From Ylistrum balloti (lineage: Eukaryota), in the NCBI RefSeq assembly GCF_031769215.1, contig NW_026782015.1:1798001-1862000 (forward strand): a DNA stretch of 64,000 bases, written 5' to 3'. Numbering within the stretch: position 1 is the first letter of the stretch; each line of letters starts with the position of its first letter. Of this stretch, positions 1 through 12,303 are shown in pieces. The notes below the pieces were generated by a model. It made no database searches. It worked only from the letters and a program-made list of their open reading frames with translations, and had not been told where the DNA came from. The position numbers were made by a program, and so were the translations under genes.

Positions 1-336
1 TGTAAAAGAATTATGATTGTGTTTGTATCTCAAGTTAGAATCACAGGCAGTATGTGTTATGCCCAACCAAATAATCGCAGACATCACCAGATGGTATAGA
101 ACACCTATCTAATTGATTTAGGTTATTATACTTCGAGTTTTGATCATTTCTTCATACATAAACAAGTAACTGCTGGCAACTGTCAAGAAAGTGTCAGAAG
201 TTCTATCACATTTCGCTGAAAAGCTTAACCATTTACGGAATGTGTTGAGAAGTGACCCTGACCTTGAATGTAGTCTATCATGTAAACTTTCCACAAGTAT
301 GACCTTGACCCTTGTACGTGTGATATATCCACTCAC

Positions 337-1493
337 CATGGCATGTTCCGAGCTATGATCCTTGACTGATTCACCACAGCCTACATACTGACAAGCCCCA
401 ACCAGACACAGCCATAAATTGTTGGCTTTCACATCACAAGTGTTGCATGTCAGATCCTTCAGCTGTAACAAAAATATTCCGAGTATATCCAATAACATCA
501 GAGTATAAAGAATAAACATCACTGTTGTCAATAACAAACCAAATTCATTGAAAACTTCACTGATGAGTGATGACTGCTCTTAATACAATCTGTCTATCTT
601 TCTTCTCATTCATATGTGTAAACTTATGTTTATAATGAGTTGTGCTTATTATAGGTAAAGTATAATTATATAACCATTATTATCGTCACTGTAGTGGGAA
701 GTATAAGAAACTATTTATCACTGTAGTGGGAATGTAGTGGGAAGTATCTATCATCACTGGAGTGGAAATATAAGAAACTATTTATCACTGTGGTGGAAAG
801 TATAAGAAACTATTCATCACTGTGGTGGAAAGTATAAGAAACTATTCATCACTGTGGTGGAAAGTATAAGAAACTATTCATCACTGTGGTGGAAAGTATA
901 AGAAACTATTTATCACTGTAGTGGGAAGTATAAGAAACTATTTATCACTGTAGTGGGAAGTATAAGAAACTATTTATCACTGTAGTGGGAAGTATAAGAA
1001 ACTATTTATCACTGTAGTGGGAAGTATAAGAAACTATTTTTCATCATTACAGTGGGAAGAATAAAAAAATATTTATCATTACTGTAGTGGGAAGTATCTA
1101 TCATCATTGTAGTGGGAAGTATAAGAAACTATTTATCATCACTAATATGGGAAGTATCTATCATCACTAATGTGGGAAGTATTTTGAAAGGAACACAAGG
1201 TGCCATGGATAAGGAGCATCAAACCACACACCTCTGGCCTTCACTGAGGTTACATAGGCCTATGTTCTAACTAAATGAGCTACTACGCCCCCATTAATAC
1301 TTAATATGACTTCACAAAATCCAGTAGTAGTTTTTATCTAAATGTCATCCCCTCATTCTTTTCACCATTTTACAAAACCACATAGCAGTTTATATCTAAA
1401 TTTGTTCACCTCATGTTTGGTACGAAGTTCTTCCCAGGTAACACTGTCAACATAGGACACATGTGGGCAGCTTGACTGCTTCTTTGATGCCAT
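337..1493 (-). CDS. USP20: USP20/USP33-family ubiquitin C-terminal hydrolase, first two coding exons (1493-1410, 462-337); gene continues beyond the left edge
   Basis: Spliced translation MASKKQSSCPHVSYVDSVTWEELRTKHE|LKDLTCNTCDVKANNLWLCLVGACQYVGCGESVKDHSSEHAM resembles the USP20/33 N-terminal zf-UBP (CPH...C..C.....LWxCL...CxYVGCGES..DHS..H). Canonical cag acceptors at 1526-1524 and 465-463; donors gtgaac at 1409 and gtgagt at 336; both junctions phase 0. USP20 and USP33 cannot be distinguished (invertebrate co-ortholog). Confidence 0.88.
690..1180. repeat. 32-bp minisatellite (TCACTGTRGTGGRAAGTATAAGAAACTATTYA) in USP20/33 intron
   Basis: Unit recurs at 785, 817, 849 and onward; ends are degenerate. 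Confidence 0.9.
1225..1292 (-). mobile_element. tRNA-derived SINE head fragment
   Basis: Reverse strand reads GGGGGCGTAGTAGCTCATTTAGTTAGAAC...GGTTTGATGC, with degenerate A-box and B-box motifs. Confidence 0.4.
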
Positions 1494-2774
1494 TATACTC
1501 TGGCGTGTGGATCTTGTTAACTTCTGAAATGTTAATGCCAAATTGGTCACAATTCATACACATACATTACAATAAATTTCACATTCAACATCCACCATGT
1601 AAATACTCATTGTTAACTTCTGTTTACTTTCATATCGCATCAGATCCAATTAAAGCTTAAAAAACCATTATTATATTCTACAGAATCATGCAGGCTTTGA
1701 CACTGACTTGAAAAAATGTTTGGTAAAATTGTGGTGTCCAATCTTATTTGGATTGATTTTAAAACAAATCTTGTTACATCTAAAATCAAGTAATTCCTAG
1801 AAAAGTATAACACTTGGCTTTCTGTGTTAAAACCAGGAATCCAGTTGGCATAGTGTGTTCTGTAAATAGAATATTTTCATGGAGGCTTAAGCTTACTTTT
1901 TATAATCATGTTTCCAAAATATGTGATATTTTGTCAAGGTATCTTTCAATGCTGGATTGGCTTATATAACTTTTACCTAAGTTTATCAGGTTTAATTCTG
2001 CATTATTAATGTTAAGGGAAAATTTCAGGATTTTCAAGAAAGTTGATGGGATTCCATCACCATCCCATCTACATTTTGCAATTGAAATTTTCAGCAAAAG
2101 CATTGGCAAAAAATTCCAAAATCTCAGCCAAGAGTGATTCAAGATTCTTATTCCTCTGTTTTACGATTTGGTTACACATGAACAGTACTGATCATTATCC
2201 TAGTAATTGCAAGTACACATGACTTTTACTCAATTCTTCAATCAGTCAAAACAATTACAATAAATATTTGCAAATATGGGTATGATGTTGTTTCAAATAC
2301 ATATGCTAGCTTATTACTTGCTGAATTACCCATTGCATACATATACAAAATGAGATGTGTGAGCTCATACTTATGCTAACCATTGCTTTAAAATTTTAAA
2401 CAGCAACTTGAAGTTGACATATCATTGAAAAAGGGGTTACCAATTGAATGAACAGCTGCCAGAGTTAAGTACTAAGATATAGCACAGTGATAAAGAAGAC
2501 ATCAAATTTGGTCAATCTTAGGTTCGATTAACATTAACTAACACATAGTTGATATTAAACGACAATTGGTGGAACAATCTCCAGACATCTTGTCACTATA
2601 TATTCTAATATAAGTTTTAAAAGGATTAAAAGCTAAAGACAGGGATGTTAATATGGTAATATAATATTGATTTGGGTCTTATATTTGTATTCCTAATTTA
2701 CTCACTTGGCCTCTGTTCATCTTGTTTTAAGTACAAAAGGTCAGGCTTCATTTATACATTCTTATATACATTGT

Positions 2775-3250
2775 TATCTTAGTACTGGGCAGTAACAGTC
2801 AAGTGGCGGGGCAATCCCCAAACAGCTTGACAGTTACACTAGGCAGTGAACTTATTAGGATGGTCCTTCCAGTGGGTGTTCAGCCTGGTTTTAAAGCTAT
2901 TCACAGAGTTTGCTGTAATAACACTATCCAGCAAATTTTTCCAAGAATTGATTACATGGTCGGAGAATGTATTTTTGCAGGTATTGCACCGAAACGGTCT
3001 TTTGTACAGTTTTTCCTGTTCCCTCTTGAGGCTGTGTATTCTGGTTGTACAAACATACTTCCTGAATCAATTTTATTAATAATTTTAAGCAGTTGAATCT
3101 GGTCAGCACGTAACCTCCTATACTCCAGCGCTTGGAGACCTAACGTCCTCAGTCTCTCAACATAGGACAGGTTTCTCGGGGTTGGGACACGCTTCGTGAC
3201 CCTTCCACTAGCAAATTTGGTACATACATGTGATTCTAAAAGAAGTTGAT
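2775..3250 (-). mobile_element. CR1/L2-type LINE 3' fragment (post-RT C-terminal region), degenerate
   Basis: Reverse translation gives ...RNLSYVERLRTLGLQALEYRRLRAD... and ...VITANSVNSFKTRLNTHWKDHP, typical of the CR1-clade ORF2 C-terminus; frameshifted. Confidence 0.8.
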
Positions 3251-4484
3251 CAAATTTTTACTACCAGGTACGCTGAGAGTCCTGTCTTAGCTGCATTGAT
3301 ATTCAGTAGTGTTTGTTACCTGGGGACGTCGGAAGGTTTAGAGGATGGAGTGGGTGTTACAGATGGCTAGAAAAGAGCAATACTACCAGACTACATTTCG
3401 ATCTTTCATATGTGATGCAGCATGTATTTGGTACTTTATAAGCTAGTTCATAAGTAGTATTGTTGGATATCCGTTAACATCAGGGTATGCAATTCCTTAT
3501 ATTACAGAATAAATAACAGACTAACAACTGACCACGTTGAGCTGCTTTCACTTTCCTGAATCGGTTGACATTCATGATCATGTTTTGAAAAAAAAATATA
3601 AATCGAAGTGAGGCCAAGTTTTTAGTTGGTAAAAGTCTGCAGATACGAATCATATTTACTCTTCAATACAAACCTGGTGCTTGTATCTCCTTATGTATCT
3701 AGACGACAGCAAGCAAGATCATGTCTCGTTTTTCATGTCATCATTTCGCCATGAATGGGAAGTTGATTTATTCAGGAAGGATAACTCTGAATTACAACAA
3801 TACTCGTGTGTAAAGGTAACGTGGGTCTGAGAGCGCACGCGGTTACTAAAGTTTTCAACAGTTATTATATCATATATATTCAAATATCCAGGACTAGGAT
3901 TACAAGTCTCAATTCTAATTACTTTCAAATTTATACAGACTCGGTTTATTGTATTTAATATTCCTGAAAATTAACTTATCGTTAGTTAGCAGTTGTGTGT
4001 TATCATAAAGGTCAGCTGAACATGATAACCCAAACTCAATAAAATAAGATATTAATAGAATACCTTTGAAACATACGGTACATGATGATGAACATATATA
4101 TTTATTCAGATTGCTTATATCTGAAACTTGAGCAGAAAGATGACAACATGTTATTTTCGGGTCTTGAAATCCAATAAGCCGTGGCCACGATCTATCGGAA
4201 AAAAGTGACACATTTTAAAACTTCTTCTCAAGCTCAACTGGTACTATTTAGTTGGAAGTGACTTGATATTGGTGGGAATGTTAAGGACATAGAGAGACAA
4301 AGGATTGTTAGTTGTTGGCCTTCCCAAAAAATCTATATAGCAGCCTTTGCGGTCATTTTGTAAAGCGATTAATATTGCCTATTTCAAACCTCCTATCTAA
4401 TTTCACCAGTTGAATTTAACTGAAAATTAAGTGAAATCATCGTGTTATAATTTTTTGGGTCAGTCCGAATTCCAATATATAGCC

Positions 4485-4969
4485 NNNNNNNNNNNNNNNN
4501 NNNNNNNNNNNNNNNNNNNNNNNNNNNNNNNNNNNNNNNNNNNNNNNNNNNNNNNNNNNNNNNNNNNNNNNNNNNNNNNNNNNNNNNNNNNNNNNNNNNN
4601 NNNNNNNNNNNNNNNNNNNNNNNNNNNNNNNNNNNNNNNNNNNNNNNNNNNNNNNNNNNNNNNNNNNNNNNNNNNNNNNNNNNNNNNNNNNNNNNNNNNN
4701 NNNNNNNNNNNNNNNNNNNNNNNNNNNNNNNNNNNNNNNNNNNNNNNNNNNNNNNNNNNNNNNNNNNNNNNNNNNNNNNNNNNNNNNNNNNNNNNNNNNN
4801 NNNNNNNNNNNNNNNNNNNNNNNNNNNNNNNNNNNNNNNNNNNNNNNNNNNNNNNNNNNNNNNNNNNNNNNNNNNNNNNNNNNNNNNNNNNNNNNNNNNN
4901 NNNNNNNNNNNNNNNNNNNNNNNNNNNNNNNNNNNNNNNNNNNNNNNNNNNNNNNNNNNNNNNNNNNNN
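4485..4969. other. assembly gap (485 N)
   Basis: Run of N. Confidence 1.
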
Positions 4970-5643
4970 TGCTGCTGCTATATTTAAGTCTCCATTGTCT
5001 TATAAACGTTAACATGATTAACATAATGTGACAGATACGTTTATTATGCGAGAATATTTCGATAGATTTGTTGTTACAAAAAGAGGAACACTTTTTTATT
5101 TTCTTTTAATCTGTAGGTCACTTGCCCAGCGGTAACTGCAGGTAGTTATGCCGTGGAACACTGCTTTTTGATAATAAGAGGTTCAAGTTACTGATATTGA
5201 ACCTAGCTTGTGGCATGTTGAGATTAAGGGCAACCAAGTTTGTTCAAATGAATAACACTGGTCCACTTTCAAGGTCACATGTGTCAGGTGTGTTTTTATT
5301 TCAAAAGTACTTCTCCTCAATAACAAAGAGCCCCAGTGGTGCTAATAATGTCCCTGTTGTATGCTGAGACATAAGTCTGTATACTTCAAATATTATACTT
5401 ATTGGTTTGTAGCTTCAAAGAGCAGAAAATAATTTCCGAGAGAAGTCGTGTAAGTCTGTATATAGATCGTTCATAAGCATTTTGTCTAGTATTTCAGCTG
5501 TTATTGTACCCAGTCGTATGTTTTCACATTGCTAAGATTCTACCGTGTAAGTATTCGGTTCTCCTTTGCATGCTTCTGGGAAGTTAACTGTACGTTTTTC
5601 TCTATCAGTTATTTTCGGAAGCGTGAACAATTTATACATAAAC

Positions 5644-5936
5644 ACATCCTCGATACTTCAGGGGTTATCGTCACTTTCGTTCTCTGCAATCCCTGGGACA
5701 TGTCATGGCAATATTGAAGGCACAAACGGAGTAATTTGATTGGCTATAGGGGGCCAAAACTGACAAATCAGAGACTGATACGCACCCAACTTCAAAGCCA
5801 TTACAATATACCGTTATGCGACCCAGAGATTCGTTTTATATACATCAAAGGATGATACTAGTCTTTTCGTCTTGTTCACAAGGTGTCGCATATGACACCT
5901 TCAGTTTTTGATATGACATGTTCCAGGGGTGTAGAG
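5644..5936 (+). mobile_element. MITE (non-autonomous TIR element), copy with truncated right TIR
   Basis: Left end CATCCTCGATACTTCAGGGGTTATCGTCACTTTCGTTCTCTGCAATCCCTGGGACATGTCAT and partial inverted end ATGACATGTTCCAGGGGTGTAGAG; interior is homologous to 15308-15657. Confidence 0.75.
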
Positions 5937-6229
5937 GCTTTATGGAGCAATTTTGTGATAGATTTACAAGGACTTCTGTTTGCACATTATCATGTTTTCA
6001 AAAGTGTTTGCCGTTGTCGAAATATTATTAGAAACAACAGATATTCAAGTTTGAAATGTATACCTACCTTTTGTTAATTGAACCCGCCGCCATCTTTAAA
6101 AAGCCATTCCTTGGCGGGTACACGACAGAACATGACTAATTATTATTTGTCTTGAGAAAATCTGGATGTTATTTAGATACGTTTTCCTTAGTTATAATTT
6201 TTGACCATATGTAGACTTGACCATATAAC

Positions 6230-7310
6230 CGAACGGAGGAAGAAACTGGATACATAAGAATTGCAGAAAAAAAAATCAGAATATTTTCTGATGGCGTCAG
6301 CGTGTGACGTCACTTCAGTAAGATTCGTATATATGGACATCGCATTTGCGTAATCGGCTCCAATCCTTTTCAATAACCGCTAGAAGCATTCCAGGACTTC
6401 GAAGGGTCAGTTTCAGGACTGCTACGAGACGGATTGCATGAGGCCAACATCCGCCCGCGACGTACCGCTAAACGTCCAGTTTTGCTTCGACGTCACAGGG
6501 TTGCGCGCTTAGCATGGTACAGGAGGCATAAACGATTCACCATTAAACATGGACTGGTCTGAAGTGGTATTCATAGATTAGTCCAGATTTGATAGTGGCC
6601 GGACGGTCGTGTTCGGGTGTACCGTCGACCGGGAGACCGTTACAGTGACGGTTGTGTTCGGGCGTACCATCGGCCGGGAGAACGTTAGAGTGACGGTTGT
6701 GCTCGGGTGTACCGTCGGCCGGGAGAACGTTACAGTGACGGTTGTGTTCAGGTTTACCGTCGGCCGGGAGAACGTTACAGTGACGGTTGTGTTCGGGTGT
6801 ACCGTCGGCCTGGAGAACGTTACAGTGACGGTTGTGTTCGGGTGTACCGTCGGCCGGGAGAACGTTACAGTGACGGTCACGTTCGGGTGTACCGTCGGCC
6901 GGGCGAACGTTACAATGACGGTTGTGTTCGGGTGTACCGTCGGCCGGGAGAACGTTAGAGTGACGGTCACGTTCGGGTGTACCGTCGGCCGGGAGCACGT
7001 TAGAGTGACGGTCACGTTCGGGTGTACCGTCGGCCAGGAGAACGTTACAGTAAACTTGACCTGTGTGCGTTACCGCAACAAAATTACACATCATCTTTTC
7101 TTCCATTTATGCTACAACAACAGGCCGTCACCGTGCTACATTAGTGAGCTTTTTGAGGTGGAACGGAGAGTTGTCTACGCCAGAAGCCAAACCCCTCCGG
7201 TGATGTAGGACGCACTGCGTCGTAAATTGTCAGGCATTTGATCAGTTCCACGTGTCATAAGTGTGTGACAGACATCAATGCGAATAGTTGACTTAATACA
7301 CAATATGGAA
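6230..7310 (+). mobile_element. Tc1/mariner-family transposase remnant (pseudogenised)
   Basis: Fragments ..RVTS..D.YIWTSHLRNR...TARSIPGLRRVS.RT..RL.EANIRPRR.AKRPVLLRRHRVARLAW.RRH.RFT..DWSEVVFID*SRF..DGRVRVYRRPG.RYSDGC..NLT..RYR match Tc1-type HTH and DDE regions; multiple stops and frameshifts. Confidence 0.85.
6602..7052 (+). repeat. 45-bp x10 minisatellite derived from Tc1 transposase coding sequence
   Basis: Unit GACGGTYGTGTTCGGGTGTACCGTCGGCCGGGAGAACGTTACAGT encodes DG(R/C)VRVYRRPGERYS. Confidence 0.92.
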
Positions 7311-8329
7311 ATTGTGAAACTGAATTTGAACCCAATCCTGATTGACCGACCGATTGTCTGATTCACCGTGTCATCATAGAGATAGTATATTGCAGAGACA
7401 GATTTGATACCAATATAACATATTATTCTGCGTTTGAGTTTATAAATTAAACAGTTGAAATTTGATTCCAGGATCGATACATCAATTAAACTACTATGAC
7501 AAAAACATGCATTTATCAAAGAATCTGAGGCCGTGGTAGCTCAGTAAAGTGTGACCAACACAACCACGTGTTATGTCTCCAATATGCATTAAGAGAATTG
7601 TCTTCTCGAATCAAAAAAAATATTTGTAGATGGAAGTTTTACAAAGAAATTGGTTGTCTCCCTTACTTCGTGTTATTGTTCAGTAAATGTAAAATAAATA
7701 AATGTAACGATAAATATAACAATAAATGTGATCCTGTCACTACTATTGTGATGAACATGGCCCCACAGAATTAAACAGTTTATATTGTTGCTTAGAGATA
7801 GGTCGAGGTCAGTTCTAATACCCAATGTGTCATGCCAGTGTGGTATCTGGTGACCTTCAATTTAATAAAGATGGCAGAGTGTAAAACGTAAAAATACGAA
7901 AAAAGTTTAACATGAATTACTATACATATAAGTTTTCAAAACAACAGAAATTCTAAATACCAATATCTTTCATAATCTGTGTGTTTTTAATAGTTTACAG
8001 TTAAGTTATTTGGCTCTCTAACACTGTGGTGAAAAAAACATACTGGATTAGAACTATTAAGGAGCCGAGAGAAAACGGAATGCTGTCGAACCGAGATTTT
8101 AAATCTTTGAAAAGTAGCCTAGATGGAATACAGGAATAGTAAAGATATTGAAATTATATTCCTGTTTCCAGTTAACCCCATTAAATCCTCCCCATTTACC
8201 CAATTTTCTTCTCTCACGAGACTCATTTGTAATAACAGCTCTACATTCCCCATAAGCATATTTCTTGTTATCACGTGATTTAATTGTAAATTGTTATCTC
8301 ATTATTCATTATGGAATAATCATCCTAAG

Positions 8330-9423
8330 GCATGGTATTGTGTACCACATGTATGAAATGATGTTGATTCTGTCCACGTGTAATCTACTCTCTGTCACAA
8401 TATTGTGTACCACATGTATGAAATGATGTTGATTCTGTCCACGTGTAATCTACTCTCTGTCACGATATTGTGTACCACATGTATGAAATGATGTTGATTC
8501 TGTCCACGTGTAAATCGATATTGTGTACCACTCTCTCGTGTAATCTACTCTCTGTCACGATATTGTGTACCACATGTATGAAATGATGTTGATTCTGTCC
8601 ACGTGTAATCTACTCTCTCTGTCACGATATTGTGTACCACATGTATGAAATGATGTTGATTCTGTGACGTGTAATCTACTCTCACTGTCACGATATTGTG
8701 TAACACATGTATGAAATGATGTTGATTCTGTCCACGTGTAATCTACTCTCTGTCACGATATTGTGTACTACATGTATGAAATGATGTTGGTTCTGTCCAC
8801 GTGTAATCTACTCTCTGTCACGATATTGTGTACTACATGTATGAAATGATGTTGATTCTGTCCACGTGTAATCTACTCTCTGTCACGATATTGTGTACTA
8901 CATGTATGAAATGATGTTGATTCTGTCCACGTGTAATCTACTCTCTCTGTCACAATATTGTGTACCACATGTATGAAATGATGTTGATTCTGTCCACGTA
9001 TAATCTACTCTCTCTGTCACGGTATTGTGTAACACATGTATGAAATGATGTTGATTCTGTCCACGTGTAATCTACTCTCACTGTCACGATATTGTGTACC
9101 ACATGTATGAAATGATGTTGATTCTGTCCACGTGTAATCTACTCTCACTGTCACGATATTGTGTACCACATGTATGAAATGATGTTGATTCTGTCCACGT
9201 GTAATCTACTCTCTGTCACGATATTGTGTACCACATGTATGAAATGATGTTGATTCTGTCCACGTGTAATCTACTCTCTGTCACGATATTGTGTACCACA
9301 TGTATGAAATGATGTTGATTCTGTCCACGTGTAATCTACTCTCTCTGTCACGATATTGTGTACCACATGTATGAAATGATGTTGATTCTGTCCACGTGTA
9401 ATCTACTCTCTCTGTCACGATAT
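8330..9423. repeat. 65-67 bp minisatellite, about 16 copies
   Basis: Unit TATTGTGTACCACATGTATGAAATGATGTTGATTCTGTCCACGTGTAATCTACTCTCTGTCACGA recurs at 8759, 8824, 8889. Confidence 0.92.
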
Positions 9424-9504
9424 TTGACTTATGTAATATTTTAGAACATCTTGTTATACATACTGTCAAGTATGTCATAATTAAGTATGAAATGTTTTTA
9501 AAAA

Positions 9505-9885
9505 GCGGATTGTCCTCTGACGTCGCGGTTTTGTCGCTGGGCAAGACACTCCATCCTCATAGATCTAAACGGCCTGTGAAGGGCCTCCCGTATTGTGTTC
9601 AGTGAAGTGGTCACAAAAGACTCCGCCTCATGGACACTGGCTGTTCATGGCGCGGTAACCTCGGACAAACAAACAATGAAAAGTCACTTAGATACAGTAG
9701 TAACGCGCTTGTCTTTCACTGACTTAGGTGCCCGCAGTTTGATTCCCGGAACGGAGGTGAAATGATATGGGGTCACCGGCCTGTTCTGATGGTTTTCCTC
9801 GTGCACTCTGGTGTCCTCACACACTAAGGCCCCTTCGGACCATCAAAAAAATTATAAAAGTTGAAAAAGATAAATAAAGTTTATT
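9505..9885 (+). mobile_element. Two adjacent SINE remnants (CORE-like, then V-domain-like)
   Basis: CTGGGCAAGACACT core-like motif ending in an AAAC-repeat tail (about 9676), followed by a degenerate tRNA head and GGTTTTCCTCGTGCACTCTGGTGTCCTCACACA (V-SINE-like), with an A-rich tail. Confidence 0.45.
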
Positions 9886-10782
9886 TAAACCACGTACGTG
9901 TATCTGAATATCTTTTAAATGCACCGATATTTAAAATCTCCAACGGTCCTCGTCTTTGATTACAAGTATTGATTATCTTGTCACTGTCAATGGTTTGTCA
10001 CATATGTGCCTAGTGTGCACAAATCTATATGAGTGACATACGAGAATACACATGTCTCGAATTATCAGGCTTTATCTAAGAGAACCCACGTAGGAATTTA
10101 TTTACATACATAGTTTTTACTGCAGCAGGTGTCAAGATTTAAACCGTTGCAAGGTCACGTGAATTTGCATTGTAATAACATTAAACCTTAACACACATAA
10201 ATCATTCAAAGATTGTCGTGTCTTTCTAAACATGGGGCCTAATAATGCACTTCGATTATTTATTGATCAATACAAAATACCTTAAAGTTAGAACAATACA
10301 CGCAAATCTATGGATCCCTGATAACAGTCCAATTTTGCAGAGACAAGTGACTGAGGCGTTTTAGGAAGGTAGAGATATATAGACTGGCAATTGTCGCTTG
10401 TTATCAGTGTTGTACGAAGTAGGCGTGCTATCTGTTCATATGGGTAGTTATTGGTAGCCACACGTATACACTGTTACACAACACGCACAGACAAGTACCC
10501 ATAGTATTACCAGGAAGAGAGAAACATTTATCTAACGTTGATGTGTTATTGTGGAATCCACTGTCCGGATTTTGTATTGCACGAGAGTAGGAATAGGTAT
10601 CATGTGATATCAACGTTATCGGGATTGATTCAGACTGCCAATTATTGTGAAAACGACGCTCGTGTTAACTTACTTGACCTAACAATACGTAACAAAGGAT
10701 TGACAACCACTAGTACAAAGTAATTGCAGTAGTGCATTGATTGCTAGCTAAAAGAAGCTTGACTTCCAGTTTATGAGTGAGA

Positions 10783-12303
10783 ATGGATCCCCCTGTTGAT
10801 TATAGCCGATACACTGGGCATTATCGAGACACCTCAGCTGATGGACGTTTTCCACCATCAAGAACGCGTGATCACCGGAGTCCACAAATAGGAATTGGTA
10901 CTACTTCTCCATCCTGGGACCAGCAACATTCGTTTTCGAGGGGACGGAGTCCAGATCCATTTCGTGAAACTGCCTTTAACGGCAACATGGGAAGATACGC
11001 TCAAGAAGACCGTGGGACTTTTTTCCCACCTGGGGGGATTCAGCAACCAGTTCGACCATTACCGCGAAAAGATGGTGACCACATGGGATTTACTAGAGTC
11101 CCTAACGGAAACCCGCGGTACCAGAAGAGTTTCCGAGACCGTTACCTTGGGGATAAAACCAGATATGCATCAATGTCATCTCGCGGTTCTGACGAACGAC
11201 CCAAATTCGCATATGACAATATGGGGTTTCAGCCGAAATACAGGGAACCGGAAAGAAGAAGTGATGGGTCACTGGCTTCAGTTCAGCGGGGATACATGTT
11301 TGATACAGACTTCGGCCACAACCAGGTAACAGACAAATACGACGAAAATAACTACATCTACCGCGATCGACGAATGGCGAATGGCTCGACAAGAAAGATG
11401 AACAGATCGAAATACAGTGATGTTGACGAAGGTGAGAAGAAAGTCCGACGCGGTGTAGGATTTGCCATGCTTCTGCGTTTAGTGACGTGTTTACTGATAT
11501 TCTGGGATCTGGCCAATGACTGGGTTGTAGGTGCTTCCGGACCGTCTCCGTTTGTACGGCAAGATGAATCGACTAGCAAAGCATGTTCCCAAAACGAAGA
11601 TGTTTTTGAGTATTTGAACATCAGCAATACAAAGGCCAGGGAATCCATATGCTTGGACACTGTAAACATTTGGACATCACTGACAGTTTTTATGTTGCTA
11701 GGGTCACTTATAGCAATAATTCAGTGCATCAATATCACCATGGAAACAATTACTATCGTTCGTGGGAAGAAGGTTTTCCGGATCTTGTCAGGACAAAGTG
11801 AACTTTGTTTAACCATATTTTGCGAGGAAATACCCCAAGCAATCATTATGATAGTGTTGCTATTCCATTGTAAATGTCCACCCAACAAAGTGGACATTAA
11901 CCTCTTTGCACTGTTGGCAAGCATCAGTGCGTGTGTGAGCGCCATCTTCCGTCTCTGTGTGAGTTATGATTACGTCACTGGTAATGATGGATGCTGTAAC
12001 CAATGGTGGCGATGCTGCTGTTGTCGTAACATTGACTACTGTTGTGAAGTCAAACCCCGCGAATTCTTCTGTACATGTGAAATTCCGTTTCCGATGTTTT
12101 GTTGCACACTAAATTGTGATCACTGCAAATGTTCTCCGGTGACATGGTGCAATTTTATTCTGAAAACATTCGGATGTTTCTGTGATTGTTGTCAGGAAAA
12201 AGAAACCAGCTATGGAATTCGTCTGGTCAACCTGTTCGGAATATCTCTGCTGTTACTGTCTTTCGGATTGCAAGTCTTTGTATTCGTCGTTACAGTGCAC
12301 TAA
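10783..12303 (+). CDS. Single-exon multi-pass membrane protein (506 aa), XK-related-like motifs, Cys-rich loop
   Basis: Long clean ORF; first ATG at 10783, preceded by a possible ttccag acceptor at about 10769. Disordered N-terminus of about 220 aa, then five hydrophobic segments; motifs FWDLANDW in TM1 and CEEIPQ; NIS sequon in the first loop. Confidence 0.85.
   Translation: MDPPVDYSRYTGHYRDTSADGRFPPSRTRDHRSPQIGIGTTSPSWDQQHSFSRGRSPDPFRETAFNGNMGRYAQEDRGTFFPPGGIQQPVRPLPRKDGDHMGFTRVPNGNPRYQKSFRDRYLGDKTRYASMSSRGSDERPKFAYDNMGFQPKYREPERRSDGSLASVQRGYMFDTDFGHNQVTDKYDENNYIYRDRRMANGSTRKMNRSKYSDVDEGEKKVRRGVGFAMLLRLVTCLLIFWDLANDWVVGASGPSPFVRQDESTSKACSQNEDVFEYLNISNTKARESICLDTVNIWTSLTVFMLLGSLIAIIQCINITMETITIVRGKKVFRILSGQSELCLTIFCEEIPQAIIMIVLLFHCKCPPNKVDINLFALLASISACVSAIFRLCVSYDYVTGNDGCCNQWWRCCCCRNIDYCCEVKPREFFCTCEIPFPMFCCTLNCDHCKCSPVTWCNFILKTFGCFCDCCQEKETSYGIRLVNLFGISLLLLSFGLQVFVFVVTVH

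Noticed and set aside
4431-5024. 193/195-aa ORFs
   Set aside because: They consist almost entirely of the N gap.
6543-7208. Repetitive ORFs on both strands (187, 145 and 199 aa)
   Set aside because: Readings of the 45-bp minisatellite inside a dead Tc1; the transposase frame itself contains stops.
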